A DNA stretch of 64,000 nucleotides from Actinomycetes bacterium (GTDB lineage: Bacteria; Actinomycetota; Actinomycetes; Nanopelagicales; Nanopelagicaceae): contig JBAXMU010000002.1 in NCBI GenBank assembly GCA_037134155.1, positions 23,848-87,847 on the forward strand, in the 5' to 3' direction. The position numbers and the translations under genes are program-made. Shown one piece after another: positions 38,180 to 48,305 of the stretch (position 1 is the stretch's first letter; every line of letters begins with the position of its first letter). The notes beneath the pieces were generated by a model. That model ran no database searches and had not been told where the DNA came from. It saw only the letters and a list, made by a program, of their open reading frames with translations.

Positions 38180-39088
38180 TCAACCACTCAATTCGTAATC
38201 GTGGCTCTTGCTCGCATCATGAGGACAGGCTCGCGAGGAAGAGTCAGCCCCACATGGCTCACAGAGAAGTGCGAGCTGATGGCAAGAGGCGGTGGTGCAG
38301 TTATAGAACTGACGGGTTGGTGCTTGGCAGTTGTCGCACTTGCCGATGAGCGCAGGGTTCGCGGCAAATTCGATCGATAGACGATCGTCGAAGGTGTAGA
38401 GCGAGCCTTCCCAAAGACCATCATTTCCAAATTTATTGCCGTAGCGAACGATGCCACCATCGATCTGGTAGACCTCATTGAAGCCGCGATTCTTCATGAC
38501 GACCGAGAGAACTTCGCAGCGAATTCCACCAGTGCAATATGTAACAATCGGCTTATCTTTGAGATGGTCGTACTTGCCGCTTTCAATCTCAGCGACAAAC
38601 TGCTGCGATGAAGTTACATCCGGAACAATCGCATTTTTAAATTTACCGATCTTCGCCTCGAAGGCATTGCGACCATCGAAGAAGACGACCTCATCGCCGC
38701 GCTCAGCAACCAATTTATCGACTTCAAAAGGCTTGAGGTGAACTCCGCCGCCGATGACGCCGTTCTCATCAACCTTGATCTCATCCGGATTACCAAAAGC
38801 GACGAGCTCTTTCTTCGCCTTAACGCTCAGTCGTGGGAAGTCATTACCAGTGCCCTCAGACCACTTGAAATCGATCTTACGAAAACCTGGATACTTCTTC
38901 GTCTGCTTCACATACTTCTTGACGGCAGACATATCGCCACCGACTGTGCCGTTGATGCCGTGAGGGGAGACAAGAATTCTGCCCTTAAGGCCAAGACTTT
39001 CGCAGAGCGTCTTCTGCCAGAGCATGACTGCCTGCGGGTCAGCTATCGGGGTGAACCCGTAATAGAGAATGACCTTCTGCAGTTCCAT
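38180..39088 (-). CDS. trhO: rhodanese-domain protein TrhO (UPF0176/YceA), tRNA U34 hydroxylase family
   Basis: N-terminal ILYYGFTPI...[14 protein letters not shown], rhodanese loop CTGGIRCE, C-terminal Cys cluster. Confidence 0.8.
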   Translation of the reverse strand: MELQKVILYYGFTPIADPQAVMLWQKTLCESLGLKGRILVSPHGINGTVGGDMSAVKKYVKQTKKYPGFRKIDFKWSEGTGNDFPRLSVKAKKELVAFGNPDEIKVDENGVIGGGVHLKPFEVDKLVAERGDEVVFFDGRNAFEAKIGKFKNAIVPDVTSSQQFVAEIESGKYDHLKDKPIVTYCTGGIRCEVLSVVMKNRGFNEVYQIDGGIVRYGNKFGNDGLWEGSLYTFDDRLSIEFAANPALIGKCDNCQAPTRQFYNCTTASCHQLALLCEPCGADSSSRACPHDASKSHDYELSG

Positions 39089-39245
39089 GTGGCGATTCTA
39101 CCCAACCGAACGGAGGCTACATAGCCGTAAATTCTGAGTGAACCTTTGGGTCAGATGGCTTAAATACCCATAAGGGCGGCAACACGCGCCCGCTCTAGCC
39201 TCGCCGAACCCATTGGTAATCAGTGGCAACCTTCATAATTGGGGC

Positions 39246-39971
39246 ATGACACATCTACTACGTAAAGTATTCGCAGAGTTCCTCGGAACCGCACTCCTCC
39301 TAACCGCTGTTGTCGGCTCATCCTTCTGGGCCGGGATCCGCACACAAGATTCCCTCGTTGGATTACTTGGCAACACCTTTGCCACAGTCTTCGCACTCGG
39401 TTGCATCATCTTCGTCTTTGGATCAATTAGCGGTGGCTACTTCAACCCTGTTGTTACCTTCGCTGAGTTTGTAGCGAAGCGTCTCGATGTTGCTGAGTTC
39501 GTCACCTACATTGTTGCTCAATTTGCTGGTGGCGTTGTCGGCGTCATTATCGCTAACTACATGTTCAAGCAGCATGCGATTGTGCAGTCAACGAATTCTC
39601 TTAAGGGAATGAACTTCTACGTCTCTGAAGTATTTGTTACTGCCGGATTAATCATCATCCTTCAGCTCTTGATCCATCAGTACAACGATCACCTTGCTGC
39701 GATTGCAATCCCAGCATGGATCGGTGCCGGATACCTCTTCTCATCTTCAACCGGCTTCGCTAACCCAGCAGCCGTGCTCGGTCGTATGTTCACAAATGCT
39801 CCAGCTGGTATCGATTGGAAATCTGGCTTGAACTTCATCGCCGCTGAAGTACTTGGCGCGGTCATCGGCATCGTCGTGGTTTACATCCTCACCGCCGGTG
39901 ATGATGACTTCGATGATCTCGCATACTTCACCGAAGAAGAGTTCGTAGAGGCAACAGATCACACGATCTAA
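39246..39971 (+). CDS. MIP/aquaporin-family channel
   Basis: AEFLGT.LL, first NPV (GGYFNPVVT) and second NPA (GFANPAAV) half-helix motifs. Acidic C-terminal tail. Start at ATG 39246. Confidence 0.8.
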   Translation: MTHLLRKVFAEFLGTALLLTAVVGSSFWAGIRTQDSLVGLLGNTFATVFALGCIIFVFGSISGGYFNPVVTFAEFVAKRLDVAEFVTYIVAQFAGGVVGVIIANYMFKQHAIVQSTNSLKGMNFYVSEVFVTAGLIIILQLLIHQYNDHLAAIAIPAWIGAGYLFSSSTGFANPAAVLGRMFTNAPAGIDWKSGLNFIAAEVLGAVIGIVVVYILTAGDDDFDDLAYFTEEEFVEATDHTI

Positions 39972-39994
39972 GCCCTGCTAGCTTTAAAGCAATT

Positions 39995-40031
39995 ACGCCC
40001 CCTCAGGTCCGCCCGAGGGGGCGTTTTCTTG
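39995..40031 (+). terminator. rho-independent terminator after the MIP gene
   Basis: CGCCCCCTC...GAGGGGG(G)CG stem followed by TTTTCTTG. Confidence 0.6.
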
Positions 40032-40062
40032 TAATAGAGAAGGAATAAGGAATACTGCTCCT

Positions 40063-40767
40063 ATGCGCATCCTCGCCATCCAGAACGATGAGACCGATCC
40101 ACCTTACTTAGCTGCTCGCTGGCTTGAAGAACAAGGACACGAGATTCTCATCCTGAAAGCCTTCGCTGGCGAGAGCGTTCCAGCAACTGTCCCGGCCGGA
40201 ATTGATGCACTCATGCCGATGGGTGGCCATATGGGAGCGCTCGATGATCACATCGCGTCGTGGCTTCCGAATGAACGTGCCATGCTCGCCGATGCCGCTG
40301 CTCGAGATATTCCAATCTTTGCGATCTGTCTTGGCGCTCAGTTAGTCGCAGCAGCCCTTGGCGGAGAGGTAAGTAGAGCCCAGACTCCTGAGATCGGCAT
40401 TTATGAGATCACTCCTGCGGGCATCGATGATCCAGTCTTTGATCTCGGTGCAGGCGCACAAGTTACTCAGTGGCATGAAGATATGGTGAGCCGCCTTCCT
40501 GAAGGTGCAGTTACTCTCGCAAGTTCACCGCTCTGCGCGAATCAGATTTATAGATTTGGTAGTAAGAGTTATGCCGTGCAGTTCCATCCAGAGGTAGATG
40601 CGGCAATGGTGCGCAGTTGGGAAGACCACGCCGATAACGCCTTCCAAACTTCTGGCAAATCTGGAATTGAGTCAGAATTTCTTGCAGCAGAAGACCAACT
40701 CTATGCAACCTGGAAACCAACAATCCAACGATGGGGAACTCTCATCTCTCAGGGTGGGTCAAAGTAA
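40063..40767 (+). CDS. class I glutamine amidotransferase-like protein (stand-alone GATase1 domain)
   Basis: Nucleophile elbow FAICLGAQL and VQFHPE. Confidence 0.8.
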   Translation: MRILAIQNDETDPPYLAARWLEEQGHEILILKAFAGESVPATVPAGIDALMPMGGHMGALDDHIASWLPNERAMLADAAARDIPIFAICLGAQLVAAALGGEVSRAQTPEIGIYEITPAGIDDPVFDLGAGAQVTQWHEDMVSRLPEGAVTLASSPLCANQIYRFGSKSYAVQFHPEVDAAMVRSWEDHADNAFQTSGKSGIESEFLAAEDQLYATWKPTIQRWGTLISQGGSK

Positions 40768-41508
40768 ATGTGCCGGCTAATGGGATATGTCTCTGGTCGC
40801 GATGTTTCGATCTCGGAATTTGCTGGGCCACGATTTGAAGATTTTGCTGCGCTCTCTGCCTTCCATCGTGACGGTTGGGGAATCGCAGAACTTGAAGCAG
40901 GTACCACAACACCAAAGTTAATTGTTGAGCCGATTCAGGCGAGTGAGAGTGAAGAATTTAAGCGCGCATCTCAAGAGGATAAGTACAACGGAGCCCTACT
41001 TCATTTCCGATGGGCAACAGCGGGACTTCCAGTTGTCGAAGGAAATACCCACCCATTTACTCACGGCGAATACTCCTTTATTCATAACGGTGGCGTTCTT
41101 CCAGCGACAGCCATGGACTCATTCATTGATAAAGATCTCTTTGAGGGCCTTCGTGGAACCACTGATAGCGAGCGTTATTTCGCAACTATTCTCACCGAGA
41201 TTCGAAAAGCTGGCTTGGTCGAAGGTGTTGCTGCGGCAATTCGCTTGATCCGTGAAAAGTGTGATTACTCAAGCCTCAATGCCATGCTATTAACGCCTCA
41301 TCAGATGATCATCATTAATGAGCATACGTATAAGCGGATTCCACCAGGGGAGACCGAGGCCTATTACGACCTGTACTACCGTAAGAACGCCGATGGAGTA
41401 TTGGTTGCTTCTTCAGGCTGGGATCAAGCTGGTTGGACTTTGATCGAAAACCACCGAGCACTCATAATCGATCGCTTAACTTTCGATATCGAAGAGATTG
41501 TTCTGTGA
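40768..41508 (+). CDS. class II (Ntn) glutamine amidotransferase-domain protein (YafJ/EgtC-like)
   Basis: MCRLMGYVS with Cys2 as the Ntn nucleophile, plus RWAT.G.....N.HPF. The ATG abuts the upstream TAA. Confidence 0.75.
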   Translation: MCRLMGYVSGRDVSISEFAGPRFEDFAALSAFHRDGWGIAELEAGTTTPKLIVEPIQASESEEFKRASQEDKYNGALLHFRWATAGLPVVEGNTHPFTHGEYSFIHNGGVLPATAMDSFIDKDLFEGLRGTTDSERYFATILTEIRKAGLVEGVAAAIRLIREKCDYSSLNAMLLTPHQMIIINEHTYKRIPPGETEAYYDLYYRKNADGVLVASSGWDQAGWTLIENHRALIIDRLTFDIEEIVL

Positions 41509-42416
41509 GTAAAGGATTCACTTTCTCTAAAGGTTCTTGGCTTCCAGGCTTTATTGCATTAGGAATTACGTGGGGAAGTTCTTTTCTCTTTATTAAGTGG
41601 GGTCTACAGAGTCTTACTCCTGTTGGCGTCGCCTTTATGCGCTGCTCAATCGGCGCGCTCGCGCTCTTAGGATATTCACTAGCGACGAAGACAAAATTGC
41701 CAAACCAGTGGAAGCATTGGTTCCATCTTGCGGTAGTTGCATTTCTCTTAAACGCCGGCCCTGGTTATCTCTTTGCGGTGAGTGAAACGCATGTCAGCAG
41801 CGTGATGGCAGGGCTATTAAATGCAACAACGCCACTCATGACAGTTGTTGTCATCGCATTTGGATTTAGAGAACAGAAGATCAATCGCGATCAGATGATT
41901 GGTGTCATCGTCGGATTTCTCGGAATCGCAATCTTGACGGGCGCACTCACTGGTCTTCATGGAAATGATGGCAAAGCAATCGCCGGACTCTTGCTTGCAA
42001 CATTCCTCTATGGAATATCTGCGCCATATTCCAAACGTTTCGTTGCTCAACTCGATTACAGCTCAACTGCACTCGCGGCTGGCCAGATAATCTCTGCTGC
42101 AGTATTACTAGCCCCATTCGCTCTTCTGGGTGGCATCACCAAGGCCTCATGGACGGCGCAGTCAGTGTGGGGGATGCTGGCACTCGGAGCGGTAGGCACT
42201 GGCTTCGCCTATATCTGGCACTTCCGGAATGTCCGCCTGGCAGGTAGCGCTGTCGCAAGCACCGTCACCTACATAACGCCCGTGGTGGCTACCGTGCTTG
42301 GCATCTGGCTTCTGAATGAGCCCTTCAAGATCTCTCAGCTCTTCGGTGGCGCCCTCGTCCTGCTCTCGGCCGCACTTGTTCAGAAGAAGATCGTGCTCTC
42401 CAAGAGAGCCGCCTAA
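41505..42416 (+). CDS. EamA/DMT-family transporter
   Basis: The GTG start overlaps the upstream TGA. Ten hydrophobic segments in two EamA halves. Confidence 0.8.
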   Translation: MSKGFTFSKGSWLPGFIALGITWGSSFLFIKWGLQSLTPVGVAFMRCSIGALALLGYSLATKTKLPNQWKHWFHLAVVAFLLNAGPGYLFAVSETHVSSVMAGLLNATTPLMTVVVIAFGFREQKINRDQMIGVIVGFLGIAILTGALTGLHGNDGKAIAGLLLATFLYGISAPYSKRFVAQLDYSSTALAAGQIISAAVLLAPFALLGGITKASWTAQSVWGMLALGAVGTGFAYIWHFRNVRLAGSAVASTVTYITPVVATVLGIWLLNEPFKISQLFGGALVLLSAALVQKKIVLSKRAA

Positions 42417-42530
42417 AACTTCTCACCAAAAAGCCCCAATCGGGCTTGCCTCAGATTTCAGGGGTAGTACGGTTCTCCTTGTATCTGTTCACGCTTCTTC
42501 GGATGCCCTCTCCAACCTGGAGGTCAACTC

Positions 42531-43964
42531 ATGTCAAGCTCACCACAATCACACGAACATAAACTCGCACCGAATGTCTTAGGACTTTTCGAGTCTGCAG
42601 TCATGGGTGTAGCAGGTTCAGCACCTGCCTACTCAATTGCAGCATCAACCGCTCTCCTTGTTGGAGCCGTTGGTCTAGCAGGTCCAGCCGCTCTTCTCTA
42701 TTGTGGAATTGCGATGTTTGGAATCGTCTTCGCTTTCAATTACCTCGGCCGCACCGAATCTAATTCCGGCGCTACCTATGCCTGGGTACGACGTGGACTC
42801 CACCCAGCACTTGGTTATATCGCTGGTTGGTCACTCCTTATGTGTTCATCAATCTTTATGGTGGCGGCAACGCTGCCAGCAGGTTCATCATTCTTGGGGC
42901 TCTTCTCTGACTCGCTCTCCAACAACAAGGGCTGGGTCACACTCTTTGGCACAGTCTTCTTCTTGATGATGGTTGCTGCCGTTGCTTTTGGTGTCACGAT
43001 TACCGCAAAAGTTCAGGTCATCATGTCAACGATCGAAGTTGGACTACTTGCCCTCTTCGCCGTACTTGCGATTTTCCACGGTCAAAAGACCCACACCTTC
43101 TCATGGCACTGGTTCTCACCTACTGCTTTTGGTTCTTCCCAAACCTTCTTCGCAGGTGCGCTTGTTGCCGCCTTCTACTACTGGGGCTGGGATGTCACAG
43201 CGAACCTCAATGAAGAGACTAAGGGCTCACATAAGACCCCTGGTCAAGGTGCGATTATCGGAATGATCATCACATTCTTGCTCTTTGAAGCTTTCACTAT
43301 CGGTTCAAATATGGTCTTGAGCGATAAAGATATCAACGACAACTCTGCAAATATTCTCGGCGTACTTGGTCAGAAAGTATGGCCAGGAACACCGGGCAAG
43401 CTCATTGTTGTTGCAGTGCTCCTCTCAACCGTTGCGACACTTGAAACTCAACTCATCCAAGTTACTCGCACCCTCTTCTCGATGGGTCGGGATGGCACCC
43501 TCGCTCGTTCATTCGGCAAGGTCCATAAGAAGTACAAGACTCCAGTCTTCGCAACGATGACTATCACAGTTGTCGGTATCGGTCTCTTCGTTGGATCACA
43601 GTTCATCGGCTCACTTGGAACGATCATGACGGATGCAATCGCATCAATTGGTGTCCAGATTTCGATTTATTACGCGTTAGCTGGTTATTCCGTGGTCGTA
43701 CTGTTCCGCAAGATGATCTTTAAGAGTGTCAAGAACTTTATCTTCATGGGTCTATGGCCGATCATCGGTGCATTGTTTATGACGATAATGTTCATCAAGG
43801 TTATTCCAACTCTTGATCAAACTACCAAGATCATCAGTTTTGGAACAATGGCCCTTGGCTTAATTCCAATGATTTGGTACTGGTCTCGCGGCCATGTCTA
43901 CTTCAAGATGCCTTCTAAGGAAGAGCGCATTGCAGTACTTCAGGAGATGGAACACAACCTCTAA
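42531..43964 (+). CDS. APC-superfamily amino acid/polyamine permease
   Basis: 477 aa with about 12 TM segments. The N-terminal GSAPAYS-type segment is typical of APC permeases. Confidence 0.85.
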   Translation: MSSSPQSHEHKLAPNVLGLFESAVMGVAGSAPAYSIAASTALLVGAVGLAGPAALLYCGIAMFGIVFAFNYLGRTESNSGATYAWVRRGLHPALGYIAGWSLLMCSSIFMVAATLPAGSSFLGLFSDSLSNNKGWVTLFGTVFFLMMVAAVAFGVTITAKVQVIMSTIEVGLLALFAVLAIFHGQKTHTFSWHWFSPTAFGSSQTFFAGALVAAFYYWGWDVTANLNEETKGSHKTPGQGAIIGMIITFLLFEAFTIGSNMVLSDKDINDNSANILGVLGQKVWPGTPGKLIVVAVLLSTVATLETQLIQVTRTLFSMGRDGTLARSFGKVHKKYKTPVFATMTITVVGIGLFVGSQFIGSLGTIMTDAIASIGVQISIYYALAGYSVVVLFRKMIFKSVKNFIFMGLWPIIGALFMTIMFIKVIPTLDQTTKIISFGTMALGLIPMIWYWSRGHVYFKMPSKEERIAVLQEMEHNL

Positions 43965-43977
43965 CTCTGCTCTATGT

Positions 43978-44016
43978 AAAAAGAACCGCCTTGGCTCTCC
44001 AGGGCGGTTCTTTTTT
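43978..44016. terminator. bidirectional rho-independent terminator between convergent genes
   Basis: AAAAAGAACCGCC...GGCGGTTCTTTTT(T): a GC-rich stem flanked by an A-tract and a T-tract. Pairing checked base by base. Confidence 0.75.
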
Positions 44017-44023
44017 GTGAGAT

Positions 44024-44959
44024 TTAGCGGCCAGCAGCCTCGACTGCATCGAGCATGACATTCCAGAACTTATCGAAGTCGAGTTCGAGCGCAACGCTTA
44101 CATTCGCCTTTCCACCCGTACGTGCGTAGATATCGACCACTGTGGCGCCACGCGTGTGTTCACCATTGAGCTCGACTTCTACGTTAACAAAGCGGTTCTT
44201 TGTAATAGATGCATCGATGAGCACGGCAACTGCGATTGGATCATGCAGAGGTGGATCGGGCATTTCAAAGACATCGTTATAGGTCTGTGCGAAGAATCGC
44301 ATGAGGCCAGAGAGGGTCTTTGATACCTCGGTATTTAAGCCATCGAGACGAGCAAAGATCTCTTTTGTAATGAGCGCTTGGTGGGTGACATCGAGGCCAA
44401 TCATGGTCAGTGGTAGGCCAGATTTCAGAACCACATCGCAAGCCTCTGGATCCATCCAGATATTGAATTCTGCATACGGGGTGCGATTGCCGCGACTAGC
44501 ACTTCCACCCATGAAGACAATTGCCTCAATGCGGTTATGAAGTTCTGGGTACATCTTTAAGAAGAGCGCAATGTTGGTGAGCGGCCCAGTCGCAACAAGT
44601 GTGACTTTCTCTGAATGCTCGCGAACCAATTTGGCAATCAGATCAACGCCGTGGCCTGGAGTGAGGGCAAATGTTGGCGCAGGAAGTGGCGCTCCGTCTA
44701 GTGCGGTCTCGCCGTGAATATCCGAGGCAGCTTCGACTGCACCAAGAAGAGATGCCCCGGCGCCTTGCGCAACAGGTACATTGATTTTTGCTAGTACGCA
44801 GACGCGAAGCGCATTCTCAGTTACCTTATTAATAATTCCATTACCCGATACCGTCGTAATTCCCAGCAATTCAATCGCTGGGTTATAGGCGGCGAGAATC
44901 ATCGCCATCGCATCATCGTGGCCAGGATCGCAGTCGAGAATAATTGCTGTGGGTTTCAT
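44024..44959 (-). CDS. nucleoside hydrolase (IUNH family), paralogue 2
   Basis: ILDCDPGHDDAMA aspartate cluster, GPLTNIALFL, AEFNIWMDPEA. Confidence 0.9.
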   Translation of the reverse strand: MKPTAIILDCDPGHDDAMAMILAAYNPAIELLGITTVSGNGIINKVTENALRVCVLAKINVPVAQGAGASLLGAVEAASDIHGETALDGAPLPAPTFALTPGHGVDLIAKLVREHSEKVTLVATGPLTNIALFLKMYPELHNRIEAIVFMGGSASRGNRTPYAEFNIWMDPEACDVVLKSGLPLTMIGLDVTHQALITKEIFARLDGLNTEVSKTLSGLMRFFAQTYNDVFEMPDPPLHDPIAVAVLIDASITKNRFVNVEVELNGEHTRGATVVDIYARTGGKANVSVALELDFDKFWNVMLDAVEAAGR

Positions 44960-45033
44960 CAGATTCCTTATCTAGAGTGCGTAATGGTGGCTAACTTTCT
45001 CTATAAATTCGCGCAGAGTCAACGGTATCCAGA

Positions 45034-46020
45034 GTGAGAAAGTGCCTTCACTGGGCGCTAGTAGAGGGGTATGCTTGCAAGGTGCATCTCATTGATGGAT
45101 CTGCGAGCTCGATCAAGAGCTTCTTAAAGACGCTCTCCCCAGTTGATCAAGTAGGCGCTGAAGCACGCGCGGCAATGCTTGGGACTCGAAGCATTAAGAC
45201 TTCAAGCAAGAGCTGGGCCATCGATATGGCTATTTCAATGATCGACCTCACGACGCTTGAGGGCGCAGATACCGCCGGCAAGGTGAAGGCAATCTGTACC
45301 AAGGCGGTACGCCCTGACCCCAGCGATCCAACTGTTCCGCATGTGGGCGCGATCTGCGTCTATAACGATATGGTCGAAATTGCTCGTAAGCAGCTAGATG
45401 CTGCAGGCGGCCATGAGATTCCTGTTGCAGCAGTCTCAACTGCATTCCCATCAGGCCGTGCCTCACTAGAAGTGAAAGAGCGCGATACCAAGGATGCGAT
45501 CGCCAACGGTGCGACAGAGATCGATATGGTGATCGATCGCGGTGCATTCCTTTCAGGCGACCTCGAGAAGGTCTTTAGCGAAATTCAATTTATTAAATCG
45601 ATCTGTGGCGATCGCGCCCATCTCAAGGTGATCCTTGAGACTGGCGAGCTCGTGACCCTCGATAACGTTCGCAAGGCTTCGTATTTGGCGATGGCAGCTG
45701 GCGCAGATTTCATCAAGACAAGCACCGGCAAAGTCACGCCTGCAGCGACCGCACCGGTTGTTCTTGTGATGTTAGAAGCGGTACGCGATTGGTATGCCAT
45801 GACTGGCGTAAAGATCGGCGTGAAGCCAGCAGGCGGAATCCGCACAACAAAGGATGCGATCAAGCAGTTGGTGCTCGTGAATGAAACAGCTGGACCAGAA
45901 TGGCTCAACCCGCAACTCTTCCGAATTGGAGCAAGCGCCTTACTCAATGATCTCTTGATGCAGCGAATGAAACTTCGTGATGGACACTATGCCAGCCCTA
46001 ACTACGTGACATTGGACTAA
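45034..46020 (+). CDS. deoC: deoxyribose-phosphate aldolase (long actinobacterial form)
   Basis: LGTRSIKT....AIDMAISMIDLTTLEG, Schiff-base lysine context FIKTSTGK. The exact start is uncertain (GTG 45034 taken from the ORF track). Confidence 0.85.
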   Translation: MRKCLHWALVEGYACKVHLIDGSASSIKSFLKTLSPVDQVGAEARAAMLGTRSIKTSSKSWAIDMAISMIDLTTLEGADTAGKVKAICTKAVRPDPSDPTVPHVGAICVYNDMVEIARKQLDAAGGHEIPVAAVSTAFPSGRASLEVKERDTKDAIANGATEIDMVIDRGAFLSGDLEKVFSEIQFIKSICGDRAHLKVILETGELVTLDNVRKASYLAMAAGADFIKTSTGKVTPAATAPVVLVMLEAVRDWYAMTGVKIGVKPAGGIRTTKDAIKQLVLVNETAGPEWLNPQLFRIGASALLNDLLMQRMKLRDGHYASPNYVTLD

Positions 46021-47462
46021 TGATGACCTTTGAATATGCCCCAGCCCCTGAATCAACTTCCGTTGTGAAGATCAAGTCGGAATACGGCCTCTTCATCAAC
46101 GGCAAGTTTGTACCTGCCAAGGGCGGCAAGACCTTTACGACGATCAACCCTGCCACTGAAGAGAGGCTGACAAAGGTCGCCTTTGCGGCACCTTCTGATG
46201 TCGATAAGGCCGTCGCCGCAGCACGTACCGCTTACAGCAAGGTCTGGTCGAAGATGCCTGCTGCCGAGCGTGGAAAGTACCTCTTCCGCATCGCACGAAT
46301 CCTGCAAGAGCGCGCACGTGAATTCGCAGTTCTTGAGACGATGGATAACGGCAAGCCAATTCGCGAGACGCGCGATATCGATATCCCACTCGCGGCTGCA
46401 CACTTCTTCTATCACGCTGGCTGGGCTGACAAGTTAGAGCACGCTGGCGTTGGGTCATCACCAAAGCCACATGGCGTTGTCGGACAGGTTATTCCGTGGA
46501 ACTTCCCACTCTTAATGCTCTCGTGGAAGATTGCGCCAGCACTTGCTACAGGAAATACCGTTGTCTTAAAGCCTGCCGAGACGACTCCACTTACAGCGCT
46601 CTTATTTGCTGAAGTCTGTCAGCAAGCTGATCTCCCTGCCGGTGTTGTAAATATTGTCACTGGCGATGGTTCGACCGGATCTGCGATCGTCAATCATCCA
46701 GATATCGACAAGATCGCATTCACCGGATCAACCGCTGTTGGCAAGGGAATCGCTCGCGCAATTGCTGGAACCAAAAAGTCAGCAACACTCGAACTTGGTG
46801 GCAAGGGCGCAAATATCGTCTTTGAAGATGCGCCGATTGATGAGACCGTTGAAGGAATCATCTCGGGAATCTTCTTTAACCAAGGACATGTCTGCTGCGC
46901 TGGCTCTCGACTCTTGGTGCAAGAGAATATTCAAGATGAGCTCTTAGAGAAGTTGAAGCGCCGCATCTCACAAATTCGAGTGGGGGATCCACTCGATAAG
47001 AACACCGATCTTGGCGCGATTAACTCTGCCGCTCAGTTGGCGAAGATTCACGAACTCTCGCAATCAGGCGATCTTGAAGGTGCCGAACGTTGGAGCCCAC
47101 AGTGCGATCTTCCAGGAAAGGGTTTCTGGTTCCCACCAACCATCTTCACTGGAGTGACTCAGGCCCACCGCATTGCGCAGGAAGAGATCTTTGGACCTGT
47201 CCTCTCGGTACTGACCTTCAGAACCCCACAGGAGGCCATAGAGAAGGCGAATAACACTCCCTTTGGGCTCTCTGCCGGCATCTGGACTGATAAAGGATCT
47301 CGCATCCTCTGGACTGCAAAGCACCTTAAGGCCGGTGTCATTTGGGCAAATACCTTTAACAAGTTTGATCCAGCGAGCCCATTCGGTGGTTATAAAGAAT
47401 CCGGTTGGGGACGAGAAGGAGGCCGACACGGCCTTGCTGCTTACTTGAAGGGTAATCACTAA
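46020..47462 (+). CDS. NAD(P)-dependent aldehyde dehydrogenase, full length
   Basis: PWNFPL, LELGGKGANIV (catalytic Glu), FFNQGHVCCAGSR (catalytic Cys). TAATG overlap with deoC. Confidence 0.9.
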   Translation: MMTFEYAPAPESTSVVKIKSEYGLFINGKFVPAKGGKTFTTINPATEERLTKVAFAAPSDVDKAVAAARTAYSKVWSKMPAAERGKYLFRIARILQERAREFAVLETMDNGKPIRETRDIDIPLAAAHFFYHAGWADKLEHAGVGSSPKPHGVVGQVIPWNFPLLMLSWKIAPALATGNTVVLKPAETTPLTALLFAEVCQQADLPAGVVNIVTGDGSTGSAIVNHPDIDKIAFTGSTAVGKGIARAIAGTKKSATLELGGKGANIVFEDAPIDETVEGIISGIFFNQGHVCCAGSRLLVQENIQDELLEKLKRRISQIRVGDPLDKNTDLGAINSAAQLAKIHELSQSGDLEGAERWSPQCDLPGKGFWFPPTIFTGVTQAHRIAQEEIFGPVLSVLTFRTPQEAIEKANNTPFGLSAGIWTDKGSRILWTAKHLKAGVIWANTFNKFDPASPFGGYKESGWGREGGRHGLAAYLKGNH

Positions 47463-48301
47463 TGCGTATCGATGTGAAGAAGACATACAAACTCTATATC
47501 GGTGGCGCATTCCCACGTAGTGAATCTGGCCGCTCGTATGAGATCACAAATTCAAAGGGCGTTTTCATCGCCAATCCAGCACAAGCCTCACGCAAAGATC
47601 TTCGTGATGCAGTCGTCGCTGCACGATCAGCCTTTGGCGGTTGGTCTGGTGCAACAGCATTTAATAGAGGTCAGATTCTCTACCGCGCTGCCGAAATTAT
47701 GGAAGGCAGATCAGCACAGTTCGTTGATGAGATTGTTGCGATCGAAGGCATCACTCCTTCAGCTGCAAAGAAGCAGGTTCAAGAAGCGATCGATACTTGG
47801 GTCTGGTACTCAGGCTGGTGTGACAAGATCGGATCAATCTATGGATCAACCAATCAGGTCTCTGGTGCTTTCTATAACTTCACAATCCCTGAACCAGTCG
47901 GAGTTGTCGGCGCCTTTGCACCACAGAAGTCTTCACTGCTTGGTCTCGTTCAAACGATTGCGCCAATCATTGCAGCCGGTAATACCGTCGTAGCGATTGC
48001 AAGTCAGAAGTTGCCTCTTCCTGCGATCACTCTCGCTGAAGTTCTAGCAACAAGTGATCTTCCAGGTGGAGTCGTGAACATCCTTACTGGCATCACAGCC
48101 GAACTCGCGCCATGGATGGGTTCACATATGGATGTCGATGCCGTTGATGCATCTGGCCTAACTGGTGCTCAAGATAAAGAGCTACGCATAGCAGGCAGCG
48201 AAAACCTCAAGCGAGTATCGACCTTTAAATCCGAGCTCTCGCCACAACGACTTCTCGCCTTTATGGAACATAAGACGGTCTGGCACCCCATCGGTCTATA
48301 A
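47462..48301 (+). CDS. aldehyde-dehydrogenase-like protein lacking the catalytic domain
   Basis: 279 aa. ALDH N-terminal/cofactor-domain motifs (YIGG, VGVVGAFAPQ, AAGNTVV, GGVVNILTG, NLKRV), but no ELGGK Glu or catalytic Cys segment. TAATG overlap with the full-length ALDH. Confidence 0.7.
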   Translation: MRIDVKKTYKLYIGGAFPRSESGRSYEITNSKGVFIANPAQASRKDLRDAVVAARSAFGGWSGATAFNRGQILYRAAEIMEGRSAQFVDEIVAIEGITPSAAKKQVQEAIDTWVWYSGWCDKIGSIYGSTNQVSGAFYNFTIPEPVGVVGAFAPQKSSLLGLVQTIAPIIAAGNTVVAIASQKLPLPAITLAEVLATSDLPGGVVNILTGITAELAPWMGSHMDVDAVDASGLTGAQDKELRIAGSENLKRVSTFKSELSPQRLLAFMEHKTVWHPIGL

Positions 48302-48305
48302 CTGT

